64,000 nt of DNA from Tubiluchus corallicola. Lineage: Eukaryota > Animalia > Priapulida. The notes beneath the pieces were generated by a model. The model was not told the origin of the DNA. It did no database searches and worked only from the letters and a program-made list of their open reading frames with translations. The position numbers and the translations under genes were made by a program. The stretch is from the NCBI GenBank assembly GCA_030141605.1, contig JAQGDQ010000172.1, forward strand, positions 1 through 64,000. The letters are read 5' to 3'. Shown here in pieces: positions 39,701 through 54,700 of the stretch (position 1 is the first letter of the stretch; each line of letters begins with the position of its first letter).

Positions 39701-42700
39701 ATGTTCAACAATTACTTGATTGTGAAAATGCAACAATGTTCCACCTACTCTAATAACTAGGACTGCAGTCATTGTTATTTTTGTTGTTATTATATGCTCA
39801 TTCTGCTATTATGCTTGTTATTGGCAAAACTGTAGGAAAATTTTATATACCCATCAGTCATTAATAGTCACGTTTACATTGATAATTTTTTGATGTATTC
39901 TTACTTATGTCAACGTTTAGGGATTGTTAACTATTTATTTTACTCCTTTTTGCAGTTGGAGATGATACAGGCGCTTGCTAATGAAACAATAACAATTCAA
40001 GTGTGCACCAATATTAATGCATTTAAAGAGGTCGTTGTTCTTCCACCAAATTCCCGTGTTGATCTTGCATCTTTGAAGGATTATCTTTGCTTACAAACCG
40101 ATTGGCAAAAAATGTCTCAAGAAATGTTGGATTCCTTAGGTCTGACTATAGTGGTAAGCATGAATGTATATAGAATAATGAGGTAATTTTTTTTGATAAA
40201 TTCGAACAATTGGGCTTGAAAATATTTTATCGTAGTTTTTTCAACGAAGATTTTCTTAACAATGCACTGCTTCTTTTGCAACACATAAAACAAAAATTTG
40301 TTTTTATTCAGATAACAGTGTATATGCAGAGTGTTAGGACAACCATATTAACTGTTGGTGAATCGTTGCAAAAAATTTCACTACGATAAGACATTTTCTC
40401 TTGTCACATGTCTCTGTCTATAGCAATTTCAGTCAAATAAGTGCTAGTGATTGTGGAGAATTGTGCATCAGAGTGATCAAAATTGAGATCATACTATGAA
40501 TTAGGTGTCTCGGTTCCATGACAAATAAAAATAGGGTTTAAAATTAGTAAAAGATATTGTTTAACAATAAGTGGCTGCTGAACCATTTTTATTAAATCCT
40601 ATTATAAAAAAATCTGCAATGCTTCAATGATTTTAGTCGTCATTAAACTCTAACATGTTGCTGTGGCGAGATTAACAATAAGCTCGCTGAAAGAAATTTA
40701 TTTATTCTTAGTAATGTCAACTACTGCATGCTGCTTGACTAGCAACAATCAGCAAATGTTTTAGCATTTTAAAAAAACCCTTTGTTAGCTTATTTATTTT
40801 TACTACTTTAGCATGATGTAATTTAGAGCAATATACCTAATTTAGTAACAGTGCAGGAAGCTGTAATTGATATCAAACTGATCGGCAAAACACGGAGGTC
40901 AGGAATATGAGCAAATTTACGATTTCATTATGGGTGTACTTCAAAACAGTTTATCAAAACAGGCATTGGAGTTAATATTGGAATTTATATTTTTCGAAAT
41001 TCCACAAGTATAACAGAAAACATTGTTACAACAAAAAGATAACTAAGAAAAACTAATAATTTGACAGCTTGCATTTATCCCTGCAGACAAGACTCGAAGA
41101 GAAGTAAGGACATGTTAGGTGCCTGCCTTAGATTGTAATTCCAAATAGTTAAATGAAGAGAACGAAAAACAAAACAATGGGTTAGTGGGCAATTTAAAAA
41201 GAGGAAAACCTGTGAGGCAAATAGGAAATGACGGGCAAAAGACTGTTCAAAAAAAAGGAAAGATTATTTAATTAGTAGTTCCTTCCCTACTTAGGCCTAT
41301 ATAATTTAAAGTAGCTATGTGGTCAAAATCTTTCGTTTATGTCCTTATAAATTTTGTTTTTCAGGTTAATCAGTGGACCAATGCTAGTTTCATAAATCAA
41401 ACAATTCCTGAAATAAGATTCATAGAAGTGGTGAATAGTTTGGAGGCTCTCACCAAGGCTCAAAAACGACTTGAAGAAAATCGTCCTAATATTACATATA
41501 GTTTTGACTACAACCAGTACAGTAAAATTTGGAAGGAAGTAGAGGCTGATGCTAAGAATCTTTATGGGCCTGAAATGTAAGTGAATATGCTGCATGTACA
41601 GTGGTGCCACTGTGGTATTGCATTTTTCAAATTTTTGATGTTTATTTTATGTTTGCAAAATTGAAATAACTGAGCTGGTCCTTCTATTTTTCAAGTTTAC
41701 AATTTTTTTGTGCCATGGATATGAGCATACTGTGCATTTTTGGTAGATTACCCTAGTGTGGCAAAGCTTGGCTTTTTCGTCCACGTGTTTTTATTTTTTC
41801 ATTGTGTGTCTAGAATTATCATGTCTCATCATTTAGAAAATTGTTTTCAACTTCTTGTTTCAATGCTGCCATTTTTATTCTTGGATTTGTGTCATTTTTA
41901 TCTGCTTTCTTATAAGTTTGACGTTAAATTGGCCGATATAGTCAGGGCAACAGAGCCGCGTGGTATAGAAAATGGTAACTAAGACACGTAATATTGATAA
42001 AATTGATAATATATTACATAAGAACAAAACTTTTAAAGACCTTTATTTTAAAATGATACATATAGTTTCTACAATGCGATGTAGTCCTTATGCAAAACTT
42101 GCCACCTCTTGATTATGGCAGCATTGTATTTCACGCGGTCATCTGCAGTTAAATCTTGTTTATTTGTGGCTTTTGAGTTATGTGCCTATACAGCATTATT
42201 ATAAATTGGTTATTGAGGCTATAGCATGTAGAAAGTTACTTTATTAAAAACGTTTTTATTTTTCTTCTAGGTTTTTGAATGTCAGCTTGCCATTGCTGAT
42301 GGCCCAAGCATCTACATTTATGAATAAGCTTGACGATGACATTCAGAACAAGATTAATTATGCTGTCAGAATGGCTCTGTATGCCGTGGATACGTTAAAC
42401 AATGGTAACTTTTTTATTTTAGTTGTTGATTTGAAATACGTGTTGTGGAGTTGATAAGTATTTTTAATATAACAATTGTTTTAACTGCTTTATTCCCTCA
42501 AATTTTTAATATAATAAAAAGAAATTGCAGTGCATGCATTGTGAATGGGCATGGGTGACCACTGGAATAACTGCTTTGGACAGTTTGTTAAGCAGCGTGG
42601 GACAAATATTTAAAGTAGTTTAATGCCCTTTATTCATGTAAAAAAGTTAATAAGATTGCACGGCTCATTATGTGGCTACTTGGACTATGCTACTTGACAG

Positions 42701-45700
42701 CAGAACGAAGGTAGTTATCAAAATCATATTTTCTATTTCATTTTCATTTTTTATTTGTTGTTCTTTTGGTACATGGAGGGATATTTTAAGTGGGTTGTCC
42801 AAGACAACTGCCCAAGTTTCATTTTGTTGTCACTCTAGTTGAACTGTGCACCTGGTCATGCCTGGCCAGATGTGGTGTAGTGGTGTGTGGTATGTGGTAT
42901 GAATAGGGTGTGTGGTTTTAATTAGTCTTTTTTGTTTTGATTTGTAAAAAACGTAAAAGCTATGATAATTTTGACACTACAATCTGATATTTTCTCGCTT
43001 TGAACTTCCGTAAATTCCTGCTGATGATCCTATTTCACAAGTTCTACTTGTGATCTCATGTCCTAGTTACCATAGTCTATACCATGCTGCTCTGTTGCCC
43101 TGACTATTTCTTTCATGGAAGAAGAATACATAAACATCTGAGTATGGCTCAGAAACATCTATTTATTTAATATTTCAAATTTGTTCAGCTAGTTTCCAGT
43201 GCTGATGTAACTGTTTATCATTAGTAGCAGGCACTGCAACTGAATCCAGGGTGGACTCTTCCAATAGGCAAACTAGGCAATTGCCTATGACACCATACTT
43301 AAGGGTCACTAAGTTCTAGAAGTTATTCTTTAATTTTTAAGTTTGGAATTTGGCATAAATAAGAGCAGTTAGGATTTCAAAAAATTTCCGATGAAAAGCC
43401 TGAGGAAAATCTAACTAGTTGTATGTACAACAAAAGTGTGCAGCAGAATGCAGAAACTGTGATTACTCTTGAAGATTCTGGACAATGAGCTCATAAATGA
43501 TGGAAGACGTGGGGAAGGAGTTAAGGAGGGGACACTAAAAATACTCTTGCCTGTGGTGTCAAACTGTCTAGAACTGGCCTTGACTGAATGCTGGATCTGG
43601 CTTGCTTGATGCCAAACTGTATAAAAGCATAGTTTGACAAACTGGCCTTCAAATGTTTTTGTGCCTGTTAAATAGGTTTCCTTTTATGTTAAGTCAGAGT
43701 GAGCTTCTTTTTACTTAAAACGAACGACTAGTTACCCACTAATTTTTCAGACAAGCCAAGACTTCTGCATGTTGGGCAAGAATCGTATAAGCTGCAATAT
43801 TTAATAAGAAATCTATGGGACTTCATTGATGCTTGGATATACACACAGTGGAATGACCCCTTTAAAGTATGTACTTTTTGTGATTATAAAATAGAGCTTG
43901 TATGATTATGTAAGTTTTTTATGGCTTTATTGGAAGTATGTGTATTGAGATTTATGATTTGTATTTGTGATTTCTAGTAACATTCATTATACAGTCTAAG
44001 TATTTTTTCATTTAAATTTCATTCTTTGTGATTTAGGCTTACATTTCTCGTGAAGTTGCTGGCAGTGGCGATTTTTGTCATTTTGACTTGAATGAATTGC
44101 TGTTAATTCCACCAAATTCAACATTCAATGTGGCACAGTTTCAATGGGCACTATGTAACATCACTGGTGCCAACTTGACGACAGAGATCGACAAACTGCC
44201 ACTGACATCTTCTGGCGAATTCGCTTCCAATTTACTGGTACTGTTACAGGTTATTTTAAACATAAGCTGAGAAGTTATGTAAAGTATGTTCACTTCTAAA
44301 ATTTATAATTATTAAAAAGCTAAGAGAATGTTTGTTGATCCTTTGAAGTTTTTTTACCACCGCTGCTTTTATTATGGTGAATACTGTCTATGTCAGCAGT
44401 TTATGCATATCAACAATTAAAATGATTTCTTTATTTACAGTCTGGAGATGTGGTCGATTTTTAAACTAAAACTAAAACTTTCCTGTCTATTATTGCCGTC
44501 ACTGTCTTCTCTTCGTATTTTTGACTTTGGAATATACTGTCGAAACAATTTCTAATTTATTATTTATTAGAGTTTAATTGGTGGAGTCACTGATTTTAAA
44601 TCTAGAGGAATATCAGCCCTGATAACTCATCCACCTATTCTGAGCATTGAAGATTCTTCACCCCCACCATGGCTGAATGACACCTACTGGATAGAAGCTT
44701 ATGAGGACTTTTGGACTCAAGTGCAGAATAACAATGGATCGTAAGCTTGGCTTATGTAAAATTATGCTTGTACTGAAATAGGTCGCATATGTGAAAGAGT
44801 GCAGAAAGAAAATAATTTCTTACATCATTGAAAAATAAATTTGTGTGATAGTAAAACGTTTGTTATATTCTTATCATTTTTTTAATTAAAGTGCATAATT
44901 TTATTGACTTTTCTTTCAGCTGAGCTTTAAGAAACTTAGCACTATTACTTAATATTGGTAATGATATTGTCACTTAATATCATCTTTCCCAACTTCTTGA
45001 TATTAATTTTTGCATTTGCAGTACGTGTTTTAAAATCTTTTGTAATGCTATATTGGGTGTCTTCATCTTTTTTATCTAGCCTTTCAAGTCAGAAGTGACG
45101 TATTACCAGCACAGTGTGATCTCGATTTTTTAAATTTCATTCAGCAATCCAACAGCTTTGTCAAAATTTGAATGTTGGCACAATTGTCTATGTGAAGTAT
45201 GTACATCACTTTGAGGTTGCTTTTTCAGATTGCTACAGTTTGTAGACTTATATGAACCTTTGATTGCATCCTCCGAAGAAATGCGACAGGCTCTTGTTAT
45301 GGTTGATAGCATTTTGGATGTTGCTCTCTCAAGAATATATAGATTAAAAGATAGTAAGTGTGTGCGATTTTCTGTGCTTTGAAAATCGTATTGGGACTTG
45401 TATGGTTAACTAAGCGGTCAGTTAGATATATGACCAGTTTGATGTAGCTGACATGTACTAATTTTATAACAGTTCAGTTCAGTTTACCCTGTATAAACTA
45501 GGGTGTACACATTGTTTTGCGTACAGTATGACATTTTCAAAAGTGGTACAGACAGGTGGTTTTCAGTAATTATACTTATGTATGGATACCACTCTAAAAA
45601 AGCTTTATTAATTTTTGTTTGTTTAGAAGAACAAATTAGCATTGATGATCTTTTTTACCGCGATGACCAACTTAAGAAGTTTGTGAATGATGTGCTTCCC

Positions 45701-48700
45701 ATAGCACCCGATCTCTTACACATGATGTTAATAGGAGGTGATCACACAAAGGTATGTGTATATACCTACTTTTTCCTGTACCTTGTATTTTACGCTAAAT
45801 GTTTGTAACTAATAACGGAATTGTTCTTACTTTATGGAAGGTCTTCTTCGTGAGCTTCTAGTGTGTTATACTTTCCATTTTTGCCACAGTAATGGAAAAG
45901 TCTTGTAACGCATTGATGGCTTCTTTTCAGGGCTTGATTTGCAGGTTAGTAATTGCTGAATAGTGACTTATTCTCAATCCTTTGAAAAAGTACTATCTTG
46001 AAATGCAATTCAGAATATCATTTTATAGACTCGGTGGCAGGTGCATAGGTTTTTCCAAGTACAATTTATTTTTTATTGGTTGTATTTCTCAGCTCCAAAA
46101 ATAGCTACTACTAACATACACTATTATTTAAAAATGCAAGTTTTGTATAAATCTGCTAAATGTGGCTTTTTGGCTACCTGCTAAATATTAACATTAAGTA
46201 ATCTGTTAGTGTTGTACAACTGTAAAATGGATTGTGAGACAAGAAATGGCACATTATATTGGAGGATTTTTTGACACTCGTACTTCATTTACACAAGGAA
46301 GATCCAAGATTAGATGAAATGTATATTAAGGTTGAGTTTATATACACACTGCAAAAAATGGGCCGAAGCTATTCTTAAAACTGCAGTTCATACGGAGAAC
46401 TTTTGCATTCTGATTGTAAATTTTAAAAATCTTTGCCTTGTTTTTATTTTTTTGAGGCTAAAGTAGGCCTAGTCCAGACCTGAGACCAGGGTTGTCAAGA
46501 TAAAATCACAGCTTTCAAGATTAAGGTCAATAACTGAAGATGATCGCTTAGTCTGAAATAGAGATTTGAAACTATTTTTCTTTAGAAGCAGCTTAAGCAA
46601 ACTGTTTTGGTAAAGTTAAAGTGAATTGAATTTTGCATAGTGAAATAAACGTCAGGATCATACTTCGAAACTTTTCGAAGGTATTGATCTTTACGTAATT
46701 TAGCACTGTTCATTTTGTTTCTCCAGCTGCTAGAACTATTCAGTGGACAGCGTCATCCAGATGAAATTTTGTCGGAGATTTGTGAGAATGGCATCGACGT
46801 CTACTTTGCAACTCCTGGCTTTACGGTTACAGATTATAAACGTATTCAAGAAAACCTTTGTGTTTTGAACATCACTCAGTTTTCTCTTGACTTGCGGCGT
46901 TTTGCAGGAGTGGATTACATTCATTTGCAGGTATGTATATGTTTACTGTCCTTACTGCTTACTCTACATTTAATTTAATTTTATTTGAAATAATGATACA
47001 ATGCATTAATTAATTACTAAAGTGTAAAAAACGTGGTTGTATGATAATTTTGTTCTTGTCTTGTAAAAATAAAATTTAAAAATCATTCTTTTGCAAGTGT
47101 GCAAGTAACCAAACTGATATCTTTGATAAGATTGCAGTTCAACATTAAAACTACAACAAAGTTTTTTGTACTTATAATTAGTGAAGTTTTACATATGACT
47201 ATGTATAAACCTACAAAACATATCAATATGCAAAAGTCAGAGTTTTTTATGATTCTTCACATTGTTATGGGAGATATAATATAGGCTCTCATGGCATGTG
47301 AGCATCTGTCTGAGTGTTTTTCATTGCCGTAAAAAGAGACTAGGACCAAGCCAATAAAACATGACATATGGGTGCTTGTAGTTGAGAAAGGCTTTCCTTA
47401 ATATACTTCACCTTGGCCTTCTACTTGAGTATTGGTAATGAGACCTTTGTACATTTTTGTATTCTCCAATCTGATTGTTTTCCATTAGGGCTTATTAGCG
47501 AAACTGCTAATGGTAAGCCATTCAAACTTAATTCAAAAGAATTAGCAGAATTACGATAATGGCAAGATTCTAAAAAAAACTGTAACCTGACTATGTTTTT
47601 GCAGCAGGATGGTTCCTACCAAGTGTCCCTTCGAGGGACACTGCAAAAACTCTATTTGTTGGACTCTCTTATCTTAAATCTCAGCCTTAATGAGAGATCA
47701 TTTATCAAAGACAAGTCCTGGATGTTTTCCTCAGACTGGCTGAAAGCTGTGAATTATACTGGTGTTCCGTTGGCGTAAGTTTTGAAAAATTCTTCGTAAG
47801 ATTTATTATTGTGAAACAAGTGGCTTGATATACTTATTATGAATATTTTCGTTTTCCTGCATTGCTTTTGTTACTTGGCTGCAAGCTATCGGTAAATTTT
47901 GTATCACTAGTATGAACATTTTTTCCCTTGAAGTATTTTTCAATTTTGACTTTTTTACATTTTGCTCGTGTTCTAGCATATTAAGTCATTGTATTCAAAA
48001 TAGCGTTGTATCCAAAGTATTTGGACTTTGTTTGAGGTATTCTAAACAGCATGAGAATGCCTGAAAGTGTTGCTATGCTACTATTTCCTAGAGTCCAGAA
48101 GGCATCCTTGCCCTCTATATGACTTGATAACATAATGCTACAGTTTTGTATGAGCTCGTGTCTGGTATTCGCAGTGGGAAGGAATAGCCTGTCACCCATC
48201 AGAACAGTCTGACATCCATCATTTAATCTTTTCTGTTCTTCCAGCACGACTATGGCAAAACTACAAGAGCAAATTTTTTTGTCTCTTGCCGAAGTCAAGC
48301 CACTGCAAGACCATTTCACTCCTTATTTCTACTCCAACGTGATTGATGCCAAGTTAGAAAATCTGCTAGCTAGCTTAACAGGTACATTTTCAATGTGAAT
48401 GTGCCATAGCTGCCAGACATTGACATCAGTTTGCTTGTAACTTTTGTGTTTCAATTTCAATACTGCGAGGTATTTTTCCAGTCACGCAGTTTGTAAACCA
48501 GCATACAAAGTGCACTAATTTTAATAATTATATATAAATATATTATATTAAATTATATCATATTATAATATTATATTAAATATTATATTATAATATCTCG
48601 TTTTATTTGTCAATTTATGTGGAGCTTTTAAATTTTTTTTAACACAATGGTGCAGCATGCAAACTAAAGTCCTAAACATTCTAAGCATTCTGTACTATTC

Positions 48701-51700
48701 CTCAATTTTAATTCTTAATGGCAAGAACTGTGATAATTATTAGAAAATCCCATAGTTAAAGCAAAGAAAAAGCCCAATGTTCCAAGCTGCCACTGCAACT
48801 TATCATCATGTGACAAAAAAGGAAAATCACGTAAGGACACTAGAACTAATTTTTTGGGGGTACCTGATGATAAACCACAACGACTGTTTTGAAAAGTTGT
48901 ACTTTTTCATTGTTTTAATTGTGGGATTTTTAATAATTTTGTAATATACGTATTGTAATACTTTTTATTAATGTGTAATTCAAAAGTGAAATATAATGTG
49001 TTATATAAAAACATGGAAAACATGTTAACAATATAGTTTTTTGCTAATGCTGTTTCTGTTTTACAGTAAATAATGGAACAATTGATTTTGCTGACATGTT
49101 TGTTGATACAAAAGAACTTCACAGGTTGCTAAACTTTGTTTTGGCTTCTGACCTCTCATTAGATTTGTTCATTTCTTCATTTCTGTCACCAGGCCAGGTT
49201 AGAGAAATGCAACTATTTTTCCTATTATTTGTAGAAAGTAGATACAGTTTACAAAAACAAAATAGGATTATATTAAGGAAATCTTGCTCTGAATTTAATA
49301 AGCAGTATGCTTAAATAAAGTTTGTGGTATGATTTGATTTGCTCGTGTGTTTAATGGAGCAAATTGTGTAGTTTGTGAAAAGTATAGTTCATGATCAAAT
49401 TGATGGAATGTAAAAAAGAGTTTTCTGTTACTTACTGTTTGACAGATTTTTTCTGTATTTTATTTTACACACGTGTGTTTTAGTTATCAGTGCTTATTCA
49501 GCATCCTGAGAAGCTGGAGAATGTCTTTTGTGACGAGGAAGATATTCGGACACTCCTTGTTTTGCCGTATGACTTTAATTTCACTTCAGTTATAGACGCT
49601 TTGTGTGGATTGAACACTACTGTACTAATGGAAGAAGTAAAGGATTTGTTTCAAGTAGATTCAATAATAGATCAGGTAAGAAGATGCTTTTGCATCAAGT
49701 TTATATTTTGCTTAATCACAAAACAGTTTTGCAAATCATTCTAATTTTAAATCTCCAATAAAACTGGTATTAACAGCAAAATAATCTAACACTGCTTATC
49801 TAACATGGACATTTCTTTTCCATAATTCTGTTATAAATCTGCAAAAATTATAAAATATATAAAAATAACTCTTGCATGTACAGTTTTTCAGATCTTAATT
49901 TTATGTTCTGCAATGAATGAATCCTTTATGTTTTTATAATGAAAGCTGTTTAGCTTATTTTTAAATATCCTTTGTAAGAGCCATGCAGTTAGTTAACTAC
50001 ACTGTTCGTTGCAGCTTTTAATATTTTTGCTCTAATGATCCAATTCATCAGTTCTTATGTTCATGAAGTACATTATCTTTGGTTTAAATGAGACAGGAAG
50101 CTTAAGGTCATGTTGGAATGCCACATGGTACGTCTGCTCATTCTGCACACGTATATTTTTGGCTATTCCTCTTTCATTTTGAATACCTACTGCATTCATA
50201 TTTTTCTTTCAGTTAACAAGTTGGATGCCTTCGAATTTTAGTGCAGCACAAACTGCGAAAGATCATTTACGTCTGAACAAAGCCATCAACGAACACATAG
50301 CGAGGTTGTCTACGGCTAAGCGTGTTTACTTTGAAGATGTTGACTTGAAGCAGCACTTTGGAAAGTTTTCAGCACATGATTGGCATCCTTTGTATTTGTA
50401 TGCACATGATCACGCATTTCTCTTTTACCAGTAAGTGAAGACTATGAAATGATCAACTTCACAAGTTCAGAGTAATTTAGTTGCCCTTAGTAATTAGTAA
50501 AGCAAATATTAATTCAGTTTGTAAAATAATACTTTTCTCATAGCTGCTATCTATACACTGTTTAAAATCTAATCTCTAAAGCAGTGATTTCCATTGCTTT
50601 TTTGGCCCATGTTGGCCCAATTGGCTTTCTAAAGAACATTACAGCCCAATATGGATCATTGACAATTAGTTTTGGGCAAATCTGAAAGACCAAACTACGA
50701 AAATTATATAAAAATTGTATTAATTATTCCAACGGAATAATAATTTTTACGTCCTTCATTTCGAGTCTTTGGCAGAATCTCTTGCTCAACAGAAAGACAA
50801 AAATAAAAGAAAAGACAAAATTCTTTTATGTTTTGTAACCCGTCTTGAAAGTGTCTTATGGCCTACTGGTTGGAAACCACTGATAAACATTTCCAGTTTT
50901 GTTTTCAACATTATTTTTTATTGTCTACTGACCATTATATTTGGGAAATTCACACTGCACATAAAGACAGATCCCATTTTGATATATAAATTTGTCCATC
51001 TACTTTTGATACTTTTGCATACACTTAATTTAGTTTAAATGGTAATGGAGTTAGTTTTGATTTTTTACTCAGCATTAATTTTAGTGTGGCTTTTTGGCTG
51101 GGAGCTGTCTGTCTGTTTAGTTTGCACAATATCTTCTCAGCCAACTTACTGACTTTATCTCTCAGTTATGAAGCCATTTGAATGTTGTCTGCGACATTGT
51201 AAATGAAATAATTAAGCAAACCATTCATTTGTTTGTTCATTTGCAATGTTACAAATCTCACATTCATTTGGCTTCGATACTGAGAGTAGAGATAATTGCA
51301 GTAGAATTACATCGGTATCTTGGTATCTGTTCCATTGCAGTCCTTGTTGAATAGTTTGTAAAAGTTCAAATTACCTTAAATAATATAAAAGTTGTTGCAC
51401 ATTATGCCATTTTCCTGAAGATGGTAGCTTGATTAGCTTTTAAGTTGATAAAAAGCCTTGCTTGTAATTAGAAATGACTTTTTATTTCCTAGACTGGTAC
51501 ATCTTATGGATAACCTTGGCAACGCATATTATTCACCTTCACTTGGAGATATAAGCAGGTTCACAAATGCATTTGGAAAAATTATAGACATCTTAGATGA
51601 CAAAGTGCAGATGATAGCAGGTTAGTATTTTTTTAATCATATTGCAAACACAAACGAAATTGTTTGTGAAAACTTATTTTTTACTGTGGTGGCAAAATGG

Positions 51701-54700
51701 GGCCCAGCAATAAGGGAGAAAAGTTTGCGGAGAAAGCAGTACATTACGACATCTTGAAACGGAGAAAAACAAAATTAAATTGAAAACACTCTGTCCCATT
51801 GTGCCATCTTTAGAAACCAGAAACAGAAAAGTAAATGTAACTAACAGGGCAGGCATTTTAATTAAATTATGGTTTTGTGGATAATGATTGAATAATTAAA
51901 TGAGTAAAATAGAAAAATATAGTCAGTTTATATTATTTTAGTCATTAGAAATTAGCAATTGTAGAAATGTGAGAATTATCTGTATGCTGTAACTGTTTAG
52001 TCAGTTTGTGTTAACTACATATGTAGCAAAAAATTTCTGCATCAGTAAAATTCTAGGCATTGCCACATCATCCGCCGAAAAAATTGTAGTATATGAGTGT
52101 TCAAAGCAGAACGTGACAGTTCCTTTAGGTGCTGTGTCATGCATTGGGTGTTGTGCTATAAAAGAGGCTGCCCTGTGCTCTCAAGTTCATTTTGTAAGCA
52201 TACAAACTGTAAGCTTCTTTTAAAAAAGGAAAAAAATTGCGAAAATCTATGACTAATCTGAGATATAAGCTCATCGTCGTCATGTGACCAATCGGTGCAC
52301 CAATTTGCTATGTTTTTGTAACTGCACTTTTGCATACATCAGTGGTTCCCAACCGGGGGTAAAGGGGTACCCCCTGGGGGTACGCAACAGCAATGCCAGG
52401 GGTACGCAGAAGGTGTGTCAGATCGACACATTTTTTTCTTTCTGTAGCCGGTGAAAAGGGTAAAATACACCAAGTTGCAGCATCGCGATATTCTTTCTAC
52501 AGGTTAGGCAATATTTCACAAACAATATCATTCCTGCGCAGTGTGCTAGAAACGCCCACGAAAAGCTTATATTTTGTCGCTTTGTTTGTGCTGTATTTGG
52601 CTTTCGAGGTGTTGGTTCCATTTGTGACAACATACAAATGTGAGCTAGGCTTCAGTGCAATGCTACATTTGAAGACGAAGGCAAGAAACCGTTTGGATTT
52701 GAGGAGCGACATGCGAGTCGCAATATCAACAATTAAACCTGATATCAAAAAACTTGTTGATAATCATCAAGAACAGCGTGCGCATTAATTATGACTGCTG
52801 TAAAGATCGCGTTTCCTTGTATTGATGTTTTCATATTCGAGAAAGTTGTTCAAATTACGTATTTCTTAATAATCAGTGATAAAATTTATGTTTTCAAAAA
52901 AAGTTAAAATAAAAAATGTCGATAATATTAATCGTTGTTTTCTGGAAACTGGTTTTTCAAACGATTTGTTGAAAAATATCAGGTGGGGGTACGCTGAAGA
53001 TCGCCACATTTAGAAGGGGTACTTGGCAAGGAAAAGGTTGGGAACCACTGGCATACATGTATGATCAGCAGTGTAATATTATTGACTATGTTTTATTTAA
53101 TAATTCCCTTTCTTTTTTTTAATATTTAGCTGAAAATTTGACTGTTGACGATTTATTTCAAGACTTTCCACATGTGAGAAAGTTTTTGAAAGATGCGTTT
53201 CGCAGTGCACCCTTTTTTCTACCTGCTCTTCTAAGAACTGATATTAATTTACAAGTATGTGTTTTTAAATATTCAGTTTTTGCTTATAGCTTGTTTCAGT
53301 TACTAGAATTTAAAACTTGAAGTAAAATTTGTATCTGTTGTTTGTGTAGCAGTAGTTGCTTAATTGCAAAATCTTGCATGACCAATAATGCTTAGCTACT
53401 GGAGAATAAAAGTTTTTCTGAAATTGCCTGCATATTTTTTAATGTAATTTTTTGTTTCCCTAATACCTGCTTAAGTAAAATATATTGATGTTAGTTTAAG
53501 TGTCGTCCTATATTTTTACAGAGTTACTCTTCATTCAATGAGACGTGGTTATGTACTGAAGACAGAAAGCTTGGAAATCTTCTAGTGATTAGCCCAAAAG
53601 TTAATACATCAGCATTGGAGCAACTACTGTGTATTGACAACAATATTACTGCAATACAGATGGAGCTTCATGCCATAGCCAATAATAGCAGCATTGCTGA
53701 AATAGTATGTGTTATATTGTTAGTAATCTTAAGAGCTAATGTGCCAGTCATCTTAGAGCTGCAATGTGTGTTTTTTCTGGGAAATGCCAGCACTAGCCTA
53801 GCACTTGTTTTCCCCATTTTTCCCATTTCCTTGGTCCAAAATGTGCAAACATTTTCATATTGGGCAAACTCTGTTAAAAAAAGCTGGTTTATTTAAAATG
53901 AGTTTTGTTGGGCATGGCCCGTGAATATATTTGTCCTGCCTGCAATTCTTAAGGTATATTCGTTTAGGTAAGCGGCCTCATGATGAACAGAACAAGAAAC
54001 AGCTAGGAGATCTGGGGGAGTTCCCCTATTATGCTTTAGGGCTTACATAGGGGCAAAAACCGGTGGATTTTCCTTGTTTTTAGCCACTTGAGGCCTTTAA
54101 TGACTAAAAAAAAGGTTGGATCAAAAAGCAGTTTTTCTGGATTTTTTGACATAATTTAGGTCTTAATTCAAAAACAGCAAGTGTTTTTAACCAGCGAGTT
54201 AACTAATTTTCATCAACTAGCCTTTATACATTACCTGGTATGTCTTGGCCTCCTTAAACCATTTATCCATGAGCAATCACTGAACAAATCAAACACAACA
54301 AGTTGCTCTAACTTCAGTTTACATGTTGATATACTTCTGCCAAAGATAGGCATGTAACTGATTACAGCTAAATTTTGTTGTGACATAGTGCATCTTTGTT
54401 GCACCTAACTTTTCAAGTTTAAAGCGAAATATGTTTCTATGCGGGAAGATGAGTTAACTCAGAATTCTTGCGCACAACTTCTCAAGAAACATTTTTCCTT
54501 TTCCCTGACAAGTTGTAAGAAAAATGACTTACAACATGTTATCACAAAGGGGTAGTGACTAAATGTGTGAGCTGGCAAGATATGTTTTTTCTTTAGGTGC
54601 AATTAGCTGTAATTTTAAGGCTCTGGGTCTACGACCGTAACAACCCGGTGCACTTTAAGCGCTGGCTGCCTGGGAATTGCGTACTACAGAACAGAAAGCT

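Noticed and set aside
44441-44464. Strong-looking acceptor (ttatttacag) before exon 10C
   Set aside because: The phase-0 reading stops after 7 codons and there is no convincing donor.
47981-48319. Minus-strand ORF with KSKYFG, reminiscent of an RTE LINE C-terminus; similar hint at 59530-59790
   Set aside because: The similarity is too short to support, and part of the ORF is just the antisense of exon 11D.
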